NCBI RefSeq assembly: GCF_000143415.4
Contig: NW_003314352.1
Coordinates: forward strand, 119,310 to 183,309
Origin: Selaginella moellendorffii
Lineage: Eukaryota; Plantae; Lycopodiophyta
Reading direction: 5' to 3'
Length of the DNA stretch: 64,000 nucleotides
Part shown: positions 26,031 to 37,514 of the stretch, piece after piece
How positions within the stretch are numbered: the first letter of the stretch is position 1
Layout of the letters: the number at the start of each line of letters is the position of its first letter
The notes under the pieces: model-generated
Databases searched by the model: none
Seen by the model: the letters and a program-made list of their open reading frames with translations, nothing else
What the model was told of the DNA's origin: nothing
Made by a program: the position numbers and the translations under genes

Positions 26031-28299
26031 GACGTCCTCAAGCTGCTAGGTAGTAGAAGCCGTTGAAGTAGAAGATGTTTTTTGACATAGCTACTCGAAC
26101 TTTGTAAAGGTATTCATTTCTTTTCAAGAGTGCTTTGTGTAGATCGTCTCATTTTGCCACTGCAAAATTGTAAATCTCCATCTAAGCTGGCCCTGGAACG
26201 TTGTTCTATGGCACCGTTGCAATTTCATGGCATTGCAAAAACAAACAGTTAGAGAAACCATAAAGACAACTAAAGAGAACATAGACTTCAAAGGTTGAAG
26301 CCTCTCCATAAGAATCCTGCTGTGCTGTTGTGTGCCTGCACAGTGTAAGCTTCTGGATCTCATCTGGCAATAGGATCTGTATGCATCTCACCATCGTGTA
26401 AAACTCTTTTTAAATTTTGACTTCCATCTCATTGAACAACATATATCCTAATTAGAATTTTTGTATAATGATTATACCTCTCTTTATTAATGGGATGATT
26501 GATAATTTTTTATGATGGTTAGTTATTCTCTTTAATGGCTTTTGGTTTTTTACATTATCACATATTCTTTATGGTTTGCTCTGGATTGATCTCTTAAATT
26601 TAAAATATCAGTAGAATGTTAGTGATATGTTTAAGAAACTCAAGTTCCTTGATCTATTTAAATTGGCTCTTATGATAATTAGTATGAATGAGTGTTTGTT
26701 AGTTTTTTTGCATTCATTTTGTTTTGTTACTTATTGCTATAGTTAGTTTTGATAAATTAAATGTTATTTCTTTTGGGTGATACATTTGTAAGCATTTTGT
26801 TTGTCAGTTGATGATACTTTATATTCTTTGAGTTATCTTTCATAAGTTGTTTAGCCTGCTATCTATAATCTTTGGTAATTACACTTTATTATTGAGTTTT
26901 CTTGATGATATATTTGCTATTGAATTTTCTTAGATGGTTAATTCTATAACTTTTACCTATAGTAATCTTGGTGGTTCTTATACTCTAATTCTAGTTTATT
27001 GGATGATAAGTTACTTGGAATACTTTTGTGTTTTAATCTAAGATTTATTCATTGATAATTTGATCTCTAAAATATCATTGTCTCTAATTTTGATATTGTT
27101 CATCTTTTGATCTTTGGGTTTATGCCAATATAGGCAGACTAGCTTCTAGACTTTGTGTGTATAGTGAAATCTATAGTTATGAGGTAGCTATTGTAAACTA
27201 ATTATATCACCCGCCTCTCTTTTGATATTCTTTATTTTGTTAAAAGGGCATGACTATGTAAACAACTCTAGCTATCTATTTACAATAGTCTATGTAAACC
27301 TTAGTGATGAGTTTAGTTTCTTTGCTCATGAGGGTTAGAGCCTCTGACTTCTCTCTTTATACCACTTGTAAACAGGGGCATATCATCTTTTGTAACATGA
27401 ATGACATGTAGAGCAACAAGGGTGGTTAACTCCATTGGTCATCTCTTTGTTGGTGACAATTAGAAAGGTGTTTAAGTTACATTTGCATTAAACAAAGAGG
27501 TTACTCCTTAACTTATTTAAGTTGGTGTATTTCTCATAAAGTGTGAACATTGTAAACTTTTTTTGGAGTTGTTTCCTTGGTGATGGTTGAGACTAGAGTA
27601 TGTATCAATAAGGATGTTGATCTTCCCTAAGGGGGGGAAAGTGTCACTAATGTGATTGTAGGTATCAAATGGTGTTGTAGAGGATAGTATTATGGGCTTG
27701 TATAGTTTTTCCATATTAGCATATTGATTCCATCTTTATCGATATCATTTAATTACATTTAGTCTGTAGTGTTAAATTACATTGAGTCTTGGATGTGGTG
27801 ATTCACTCCTTGATGATATATTATCTGTAATTATATATTATCGAGGGATTGGTGAGGGATTGGTGAGGGATTGATCTACAAACAATCACTAGTCATAAAA
27901 CAACCAACAATCACTTTTCAACTTGTGTTTTACAAAACCAAAACACTAAACTTATGCCATCAAGTTATATTTGTCCAACATGAGGTAATATCCTAAGTAT
28001 TAGATATAAAAACATAGATAAGCACAAATTAAATAGCCACTCGAATCTACAATAAACTCACTAATATGTTTAGCCAATAACTCTAAGTGTGCCTTGAAGA
28101 GGCTAGTTATGCATGATTAACACTCAGTCAAAACTAAAGTAAAGACTATAAGATGGAATCATATAGTACACAACCTCCTCATAAACAAAACTATAGTATG
28201 GGTACTAACACGTCAACCTCAAACAACTAAGTTGGATATCAATATCTTCAGCTAATGCACAAGGTTACCAAGACTAAGTCAAGATCAATGAGAGTTCAC

Positions 28300-29000
28300 T
28301 ACTCTTATAGAGTTTAACGAAATATAAGGTGCAACTTACCACTTAGCATAACGCTACAAAAGAAAGGTATAAAGGTCATCTTTCTAGAAAAGTGCAACAA
28401 CCACTTTTTTATGCCAACTCTAAACTCTTAATTTTTTTAGGCCCAAATGTCAATATCCCTTTTAGGCTGCATCATACAAATTACATACTAAAGTCTAAGC
28501 TAATTGAAGTCAACTCAAACCCTTTCATTAGTTTGTAATGGCTTTTGAAAATGGAATGGTTTTCAAATAAAGTGATTAACAAATCAACTATTGGAAAAGC
28601 CTAAAAAAATTTATGGAAAATTTCTATCCTATAGAAAAAATGAATACCAATTCTTATGACTCAACCAACTTCTTCCTATTTACAATTTTATATAGGTTTA
28701 CCTCAACACTAATTCTTATAACCAACCAGTATGTCTAAGCATCAAACATCATGCTTATATTTTTGAATCTAACACTAACATCCACAAAATGTAAAATGAA
28801 CAACTTAAACTCGATCATGAAAGCTATATTTTCAAATATTGACATTGCCCTAACATTTTTCTTCAATCACCTTCAAGATCTAGTATGAAGCAAAAGTACT
28901 AACAAGAAAAATTACATGAAAAATTATGGTCAAAGGAAAATTCTTCATCACTCGAAACAATAATATCACTTTCAGTGTTAGCAATGTTAATGCCTTAACT
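28300..29000 (+). mobile_element. Highly decayed Ty1/copia-like integrase remnant within AT-rich TE debris (about 26.4-30.4 kb)
   Basis: Fragmentary frameshifted motifs YILKSK..F.*FVMAFENG..QIK*L resemble copia integrase core. Weak evidence. Confidence 0.3.
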
Positions 29001-30369
29001 TCACATCTTCTCCATCTAACAATCTACTCCAAGTGCTAATAAATTTCCAACAAGTTATAGTGAATAAATGCCATAACCTTTTCCAACACCTAATATGTAA
29101 ATTTTCAAAGAACCAAGATACCAACTTAAGCTTAGCATAAAATGGATCACTTAAAAAATTTAGTTAAAGTGACTATCATGCTACTTCTTGTAAGTAGATT
29201 AGCTTCACTATCAATCACTTTGGGGTTAATCATTGTTTAACCAAGCAACTTCGTAAACACATTATTCATGATCACATAGATATAATATGGAAATCACAAT
29301 GACTGGATCATTAATCAAGTAGCACCATGAATTAGCTCATATTATTACTTTAAAAGTTTATATGTGTCAAATATTAACTCTATTCCACAAAAAGCAATAT
29401 AAATGCACACCCCACCAATAAAGATTTAAAACATTGAATACCGCCAACTTTGTTCACAACATAGACAAACTTATGGCACACTCTTTTTGACTAAACTTAA
29501 AACTAATTTTACACCAAATTACTTAAGACGCAATAGTAAGGTTTTTGGGAAAAGAATTAAGCATTGTAACCCAAGTTTTCAATAACAAACCTAGAAAAAA
29601 ATGGTTTAGTGCTTCACTACTATCTATCCTATAACTCACCATTTGTAAAATTATTATAATCAACATGCATCAAGATAGGAACTCTTGATTGCATGATATG
29701 AATACAAGCAATGAGTTAACATCTTATTGCAAATCATCTTTTTAAGAAAAAAAGATGATTTAAGTGTTTGATCCTTCATCTTTGATAACTCTCTTTTCGG
29801 TCTCAACTTAACTAAACCTCAAGTTTGCATTCGCATTGCCTTTAGTCAAATATAAGAAAAGTTTATGAAAGAGCACAGCAATGACTACTGAAACCAATAG
29901 ATTAATCCGTACAATCTTGATTGATTGACCTATAATCATGCCTAGGAAAGATCCACGAGTGCCATGCTAAACAACTACATACCAGCTTATTTGCCACTTA
30001 TAGCAAACCCAAGGGAGGTTTACTTTTATTCATGGTACATAGAACCACTCATGGTAACCATTGATAAACTAAGATTAATTCTGCCAACTCAAAATGTAAC
30101 CTTAAGTTACTAATATGCTTCACATATAAGCCCAAGCACAAACTCATGCAAATGAAACATTTCAATCCATTTTATAAGCCCAAATGCAAGCTTATATAAT
30201 ATGGTACAAAAAGGTAACCAGATTTTATACCCAAGGAAAAAATGCAAAGTCTTAGCACCCAAATGTATACCCAGTTAGATCATTATCTTCATCTTTGCAT
30301 ATACAACAAGACTAGTTGCCTAATCTCATTAGATAGTACTTGTTAAGACTCATCCTTTGATACCAAATG

Positions 30370-30529
30370 TAGTGCATGTGATTTTCACCCTTTATTCTAT
30401 GGTGATTTACCATAAAAACCTTAACCATGCCTAACCTACCCCCCCCCCCCCCCCTTGGATAAGCTCCTGTCCCCCCCCCCCCCCCCCCCCCGGCGTCCCC
30501 CCCCCCCCCCCCCCCCGCCTCGGCTAGCC

Positions 30530-30561
<32 letters not shown>

Positions 30562-32701
30562 AGCCCCCCTCCCCCCCCCTCCCCCCCCCCCCCCCCCGCC
30601 CCCCCCCCCCCCCCCCCCCCCCCCTCCCTTCCCCCCCGCCCCCCCCGCCCCCCCCCCCGCCCTCCCCCCCCCCCCCCCCCCCCCCCCCCCCGCCTCCCCC
30701 CCCCGCCCCCCTCCCCCCCCCCCCCCCCCCCCCCCCCCCTCCCCCCCCCCCGCCCCCCGGCCCGGCCCTCCGCCCCCCCCCCCCCCCCCCACCCACGCCC
30801 CCACCCCCCCCCCCCCCCCCCCCCCCACAACCCCCCCCCCCCCTCCTCCCCCACCCCCCCCCCCCCCTCCCAACCCCCCCCCCCCCCCCCCCGCCTAATC
30901 CCCCCCCCCTTCCCCACCCCCCCCTCCCCCCCCCCCCCCCCCCACCCCCCCCCCCCCCCCCCCCCCCCCCCACCCGTTTAAAAACACGGTAAGCTATTAT
31001 ATAGCAAATATGACAAGCATACAAGCAAGAGCTAGACTATGACTCAGATTGATTAACCTACCCACTCTCCCTACTATATATTTAACCGCCCCCCCCAACC
31101 CCCCTAATGAACACACACTTTGGCTTTTCACCCTTAGCCATCCTTAGTACCACTAGGAGTGAGTTTCTGGGACTAATTTGAAATTTATTAAATATAAAAT
31201 GGTGCTAGATTGCAAATTTGGACATGAGACTAACACTATTGTGTTCAGGATAATCTTTACATTCTATAGATATACCAAATTAACAAATTTAGACACTTTC
31301 CACCAACATATAGGGTATGCAATAATCTATCATCTGGTAATATTAAGGGACCAAACTCAATATTGCAAGGGGTTTGTAATATAGCAAGTGCAAGCTAATA
31401 TATAAATTTTTCATACCAAACCAAGTATACTCAGCAAAAAACATATAAGGGTTCCTACTTTATATTTATCAAGTATAAGTATATACATGATAATCAGTTT
31501 TTCAACTAGCTTAGGTGGAGATTGATAAAGGGTTTAGCAATAACAACATCTTGCCATCGTGGCAATAAAGAAAGAATATCTGAAAGGACTAGTTAACAAG
31601 TAACTTACGATACCCGCGGTCATTCACAATAGAAACTTACTTGTCAGCATGTCCTTTCAGATATTCTTTCTTTACTGCCACGATGGTAAAAGGTCGGTAT
31701 TGTTGGATGCTTTTATTAGTTTTCACCCAAGCTAGTTGATAAATTGGTCTTTGCATGTGTACTTGGCCAGATGAGCATAAGGACAAAATTTCTATATATT
31801 ATTAATTAAATATACTTGACCTAGTTAGAAAAACTCATATGTTATATTGCACTTGCTAATGTTGGGAACCCCCATAATATTGAGCTTGGTCCTTTAATAT
31901 TCACTAGATAATAACTTACCATGTCTGTCAAACACCCATGCTATCATATCTCACATGTTGGTTTTGTTTGGTTTTATTGGGTATTTATGAAAAGTGTCTA
32001 GATTTACTAATTGGGCATATATGCAAAATATAAAGATTATTTTGAACACAACAGTGTTATTTTTACTTCTAAATTTGCAATCTTACACCATTCTATATTT
32101 AATAAATTTTCATGATTGTCCCAAAGATTAACTCTTGGGACTGAGGTAAAAGCCTAAAGCGTGTTCTTGAAACAGGAAGGGACTATAGGGGGTTTTAAAT
32201 ATATAGTAGAGATTGGGCATTGCCAACTAATATTAGGCATAATTTAGTTCTTACTTGTGTGCTTGTCTTTGTTTTGTGTTTAGCTTGAGTCTAAATCCAA
32301 GTTCCATGCCATGTTAGCTAATGAAATTCCCATATCTTTGCGTTAAACCACTAGTATACTAAAATAGCACCAAACTCTGTTTGGCTCCATTTTGCATATT
32401 AGTCCTAACATTAGGATGCTAGAGGCTTTAGGACTATTCTAAGTCACTTCGTATGTTTGTCCTTTAACTCCTTGAGCTGTACACTTGGAAGTCATTTTGT
32501 GTTCTACTTCCTTCATTCCTTGGCTCTATATTTGGAAGTTTGGTTCTATCCTTTTGTTCAATGGCTTAATGCTTTAAAACTTGGGTTCTGTTCCACTGCC
32601 CTTGGCATGTGGTATATGGCCAAAAAGAGGGTTAAAGTTTTGTTCCATAGTTATCCTATGGTAAACCATCCTAGGGTAAAGGGTGAAAACCATGTGCACT
32701 A
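30370..32701. repeat. Long imperfect inverted repeat (palindrome) with 33-nt spacer
   Basis: 31005-31603 pairs with 31637-32275; outer 30370-30428 pairs with 32626-32701; core 31554-31589 vs 31651-31686 matches at 35 of 36 positions. Confidence 0.9.
30439..30975. other. Poly-C tract, probably a low-quality sequencing artefact
   Basis: About 540 nt of near-pure C without periodicity, located where the palindrome predicts ordinary AT-rich sequence complementary to about 32280-32625. Confidence 0.7.
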
Positions 32702-33977
32702 TAAGAAACAAACAATAACAAAGAAAATATAATTGCTAAAAGGCATCATCACAATTAACATGCCCAAATGCATACTTAAAAAGAGGTATAGAAACTTATT
32801 AGATTTGATATAACATTTAGCAAGTTGATTTTCTAGAAATTGTGCATATGAAGTGACTAGTCCCCTGGAAACACATAGGAAATTCGTGCAAACACTGAGC
32901 ATCATTGTAAGAATAGCATTTGCATAACATCACCAATGTACACTTATATATCAAAATTTAAATTTTACATTGCTAATCAAATTGAAAGTATGTATATGAT
33001 GTATGACAGCATTTTATTTATTTAGGCTTGGCAGAAAAGTGAAATATAAATATAAGTGAACCAAAAATAAAACAATGAGAGAGATAATTTATATTTTCAA
33101 GATATAAATCTTTTAAGGGATTGTTCAATGTGCCCTAATGCCATCTAGGATTAGCTTGAGCAAAAAGCCCAAGCATTGTCACTCTTGAAACCTTGATGTA
33201 TAACTACACAAAATTATTAGTATTGGATTGCATTCTTAAGTAGCAATCACTATAAAGTGTTCAAATTAATTATATGTATCATCCCTAAGATTTTCAAGGA
33301 AGAACTCCAGCCTCTAGTCAGATGCGATAATTTGCAATAAGAGTAGAGAGAGCTATATCACACATTATGAACATTACTATCAACTAAGTTTGATTATTCA
33401 ATTGTAACTGCATAGTATAAGCAATTGCACCAATTGCTCCTCTAAAGTCAAAGGAAAAAGCTATTACTCTACTATGAAGATGAACTAAAAGGAATAAAAA
33501 CAAAAGAAAAAAAATTGAAAAACTATATATATAAAAAAAGAGAAATCTAAACAACATAAAAGTTAAATCTAAACCAAAAGCGTGAAATTCTCCTCATGGA
33601 CAATCAAAGATGCCCTTCACATCCACTAATGTAAATGAAATATGGAAATGGAATGTAAAATGTGTATATTTGATTAGCCTAAGAAATTTTAACATATATA
33701 TAAAAGTGAGTGATCCAGATAAAAACGCTAATATGTATCAAAATCTCATTACACTAATAATAATATATTGGACATTATATAAAGAAAGTGTGTGTATGAT
33801 GTTAAGATTAGTCATGTTAGCATCATTAGAACCACCAAGATAATTAATATTAAACACTAAATTAGTTTAGAAAATCATAGCTGTTAAATTAAGAAATATC
33901 CTATAATATACCGAAATATTTTAAGTATATTCCCTACATATATAATTAAGATTCAAATTTCTTAAGAGCCATCCTTC

Positions 33978-35204
33978 TCACAAAACTTTAACACGCAGGG
34001 CATGCAGTTCCTTGTCTCGAGCCTCTGCAAGAGCTTGCAAAGTCTCTTTTGTCCAAGAACACACCCTGTCTCCAAACAAGACTCTCATCAACCCCGACAC
34101 GAGAACGTAATCCATGGGCACAAATGTGGTCCCCAAGGTAGCGATCGGGAACTTGGTCCAGGTCAGGGACAAAGCATTGTACACGATGGTGCCAACCAGA
34201 AGCGACTTGCTGTCGGGAATGCTTCCAGCCATCCGCAGCTTCTTCATCTTCTGCTCAGTATAAGCGAGCCTGTCATTCTGCTCAGCCAGCCATTCTTGCT
34301 TCTGGGCCTCACTTGGAGCTTGGTATACACTTCCCGGGTTCTCTTGGCACCACTTCTCCTTGATGCCCTCGAGATACATGTCAAAGCTTTCAGGGTCGAT
34401 GGCACCCTTCTCGACTTGGACGGAGGCTTTGGGATGCAGCACCGCGCAAGCCCAATCACCATCTGCGAGGATAAGCATATGCACAGGCTTGTACCTGTGA
34501 ATGTTGAGGTTGGCGATAGCTGCGCGAGAAGCATACTCCGCTAGCTGGTAAAATGCCGACTGTTCCGCCGTCTCTGGATCCCACACGAAGTTCTTTTGCT
34601 TGGAATCCGTGATAAGCAGCGTGAACGTCTTGCCGATATCCCGGTACCCGCCAGTCTCAGGAAACCCATGGCCATAGCCACGAAAGTCGACCGCCTGCCA
34701 GGGCCCCAAATCGTCACCATCCTCATGAACAAAGTCAATGTAATGTCGACTATTCCCGTCAGAGCTATCAGCTGTGATCCGAGACGATCCAGAAGCATTT
34801 TGTAGAGCCGAGGCATCTAGAGCTGCCAAGCCGCTCATAGCTTCGTCACTCGGGACATGATCCCCCTCGCGCTGCTTGAGAAGCTCTGCATCTCCCGCCA
34901 GTGGGGCAAGGTGAGTGAAGAGGGGGAAGAAGGACGCAGCTAACTTCCTCTCACTGGATCGGTAGCATCTAGCCGCCTTCTGCATAGCGGGAAGGAGATG
35001 CTCCAGAAGAAAGTAGTCGAGAAGCTGCTTGTCTACCCCGTTGACGCGCGTCACCTTACCGCTCGCGTCTTCCTCGCACGGCGCCTCTGTCTCGAACTTG
35101 TCCACAGTACCAGCACACACATTCACAACGGGGTTCGAGATTTCGAAATCGGTCCGTGTCATGGAGCTCGCAGTTACCTCAAAGGACGATTTCCGCTTTG
35201 CCAT
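33978..35204 (-). CDS. Intronless 408-aa orphan protein, putative PD-(D/E)xK restriction-endonuclease-like fold
   Basis: Uninterrupted GC-rich ORF in AT-rich flanks. Motif order VDF...LLITDSK...AFYQLAEY...MLILADGDW. The ORF is well supported; the fold is inferred. Confidence 0.6.
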   Translation of the reverse strand: MAKRKSSFEVTASSMTRTDFEISNPVVNVCAGTVDKFETEAPCEEDASGKVTRVNGVDKQLLDYFLLEHLLPAMQKAARCYRSSERKLAASFFPLFTHLAPLAGDAELLKQREGDHVPSDEAMSGLAALDASALQNASGSSRITADSSDGNSRHYIDFVHEDGDDLGPWQAVDFRGYGHGFPETGGYRDIGKTFTLLITDSKQKNFVWDPETAEQSAFYQLAEYASRAAIANLNIHRYKPVHMLILADGDWACAVLHPKASVQVEKGAIDPESFDMYLEGIKEKWCQENPGSVYQAPSEAQKQEWLAEQNDRLAYTEQKMKKLRMAGSIPDSKSLLVGTIVYNALSLTWTKFPIATLGTTFVPMDYVLVSGLMRVLFGDRVCSWTKETLQALAEARDKELHALRVKVL

Positions 35205-36546
35205 CGCTCGTCCCAAACCTAGAAATATCTGCACTGCCACAAGTGGGCCTTCCACATGCGCACTTTTTTCCTTCAAAGTTTTTTTTCTTGTCTCAGTTAA
35301 ATTTGTTTTATGGTATTTTAATTTTCTTTTTATTAAATTTACTATTTTAATCTGGTATAATTATATAATTAGTTAATATTTATTAATAGGATATTCTTTT
35401 AATGGCACTACTTATGTCTTTAAATTATTATACATAAAAACAAATATCGGTGATTGTTTTAACTCCAATTGTATAAACTTAACTTTATAAATAGTAAATC
35501 CTCACTTTAAATAATTGTCCAATGCCATAACATCTCCAATTGGTAGATGGGACTAGATAATCATATATATATCTACCAGTCACAACTTAAATGCAAAATG
35601 CCTTTAAATTAAAGAAAAAGGTAAGCATTATCACTATCATTGCGATCCTTTTGTTCTTCTCATGCTTGCAAATGCCAAATTTGCACTGGTAGGAGATCAG
35701 ATAGGTCCCACAGGGGACACACAACAGGCAGAATTTTCTGGGCTCAACAATACATTCCTGGAAGGGAAGAAATTCTTAATAGTGTTAGGCAAGGCACCCA
35801 AAATAAAACGTTTACGTACGCGAAGTATCTTCCATCCTATATATAGTGGCATGCTTCTTCCAAGTTTTGAAAAGTCTGTTGTGATCTCCATTCGCTCGAT
35901 CTGAAATATGTCTCTAAACATCTTAAGCAGCTCCTCTCTAGTCATGATAAACTGGAACTCGTGCTGCTTGGAGTAGATCTGGCCAGTGCTTGGAGCTTGG
36001 ATAGCACCAAGAAGCCAGTCTGCGAGACAAAACACTCCTCGAGGTAGAAATGCAAAATGTGAGGTGAATTAGCTCTACTTATGACAGTTGTCATCCATGA
36101 CTCAATCAAACACGTTGGAAAGAGTTCACCTTGTTAGAAGAATCATGCTACAGCCACAATGATTTTCAATCAATTAAGCCTGTCCCAAGGGGATGGTACA
36201 ACCTAAGTGACGTTCAAGGTTTTTACTGTTTCCAGATGCGACTTAAACTTTCTCTCTAACTAATTTAATATTAGTTTCTATCTTTTCAGACTACTGTCAT
36301 AAGTAGCCTTCTACGACATCGATCCATTCAAAACAAAAGAATGTGTAAGATAAAAGGAATGATACAAGAGAAACGACGAGGACGATGACGGTTTCTGAGA
36401 AATGCGGAGAACATAGAAATTAGAAACAAAACGAGAGGAAGGTAAACATACTTCACATCAAATGTTACAGACACCAGCTACATTTCTTGTTCACGCCAAC
36501 TCCTTTGTACAAGAGCAATGGAGGTCAAGTACCTGGAGAGGGTTAT

Positions 36547-37340
36547 TCACAAGCACAGTGGATCACTCAAAGGAGCAAGATATGATAAAGAAGCATGGCA
36601 GCAATGAGAAGCATGATTTTTTGTTTCGACTTGACAGGAGGACTGGTCGCCTAGGATCCCAGCGTGGCTTTGATGCCGACCCATCCACAAAAACCGGGAG
36701 ATAAATCCCCCAATGTGAGCGAAGCTGTTGATGTGAGGCAAGATGCCCAAGTTGATGCTGATAATGATGGGATCAACACTGCGATTTGCAAGCCAAAGCA
36801 ATACAAAGAAAAAATAGAAGCTTGTTTTAGTTGCAATACATCACCACGAAATTAACTTTAAAGCAAAAGGTACCTTAAAGATAAAACGGTCCTGGATGAA
36901 CAATGCGGGAGGCTAGATATCAACTTACCAAAGCCAAATTCCCTCTCCAGATGAATGACACACGAGCAAACCACATGCAAGAGATTTGCCGCCACCCATG
37001 ATGTTTTTTCACCACTGCTGTCAAGTCCAATGCCCCCATCTATCAATCTATAAAAGCAACAATTGATCAGAAACAATGAATCATATGATAAAACGATAGA
37101 AAAAAGAAGACGACCAACATTTCAGAGGAGGACTGGCCTTGAAAAATTTGAAGATAGCCAGGTGAGGCCGGAAAGCGATCATGAAGGGTCCTCTAGAAAT
37201 AATGATATCAGTAGGATCCCATTACAAGAGGTACTCAACATATCTACCTCATTTTTGTGGCTCATCCGTCATCTTCATTGTCACCATATAGGTTAGCAAT
37301 TGCCCCAAGAACTACTTCGATTGCAATCTACTTGAGCGGT
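36547..37340 (-). pseudogene. Rhomboid-like protease (RBL1-type) pseudogene with an inverted N-terminal exon
   Basis: Minus strand: MGALDLTAVVKKHHGWR, HLEREFGF|gt, INLGILPHINSFAHIGGFIS. Plus strand about 37268-37325: VIFIVTI*VSNCPKNYFDC. Confidence 0.7.
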
Positions 37341-37514
37341 GCTTGTCACCTCGCAAACCTCCCCTCCATCGAAAGCTGGATATGTTCATTCGCGTTAGAA
37401 TGAACATGGGATGCGTTAGAACACTTGGATGATCACATGTTCATTCGCTGGAGTGGATTAGCCCTAGACAACTTGTTTTTTCTTTTGAAAGAAATGCGAA
37501 GAGACCAACATCCT

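Noticed and set aside
27843-27873. 11-bp tandem repeat GAGGGATTGGT (about 3 copies)
   Set aside because: Short slippage repeat inside TE debris with no further structure.
30312-31024. Poly-Pro and poly-Gly ORFs suggesting an extensin or glycine-rich protein
   Set aside because: They arise from a near-homopolymeric C tract that is open in several frames, has no signal peptide or SP4/YY periodicity, and sits inside a palindrome arm. Likely an artefact.
35697-36035. 112-aa minus-strand ORF
   Set aside because: Non-ATG start, no recognisable motif, and it lies among pseudogene debris. No product can be supported.
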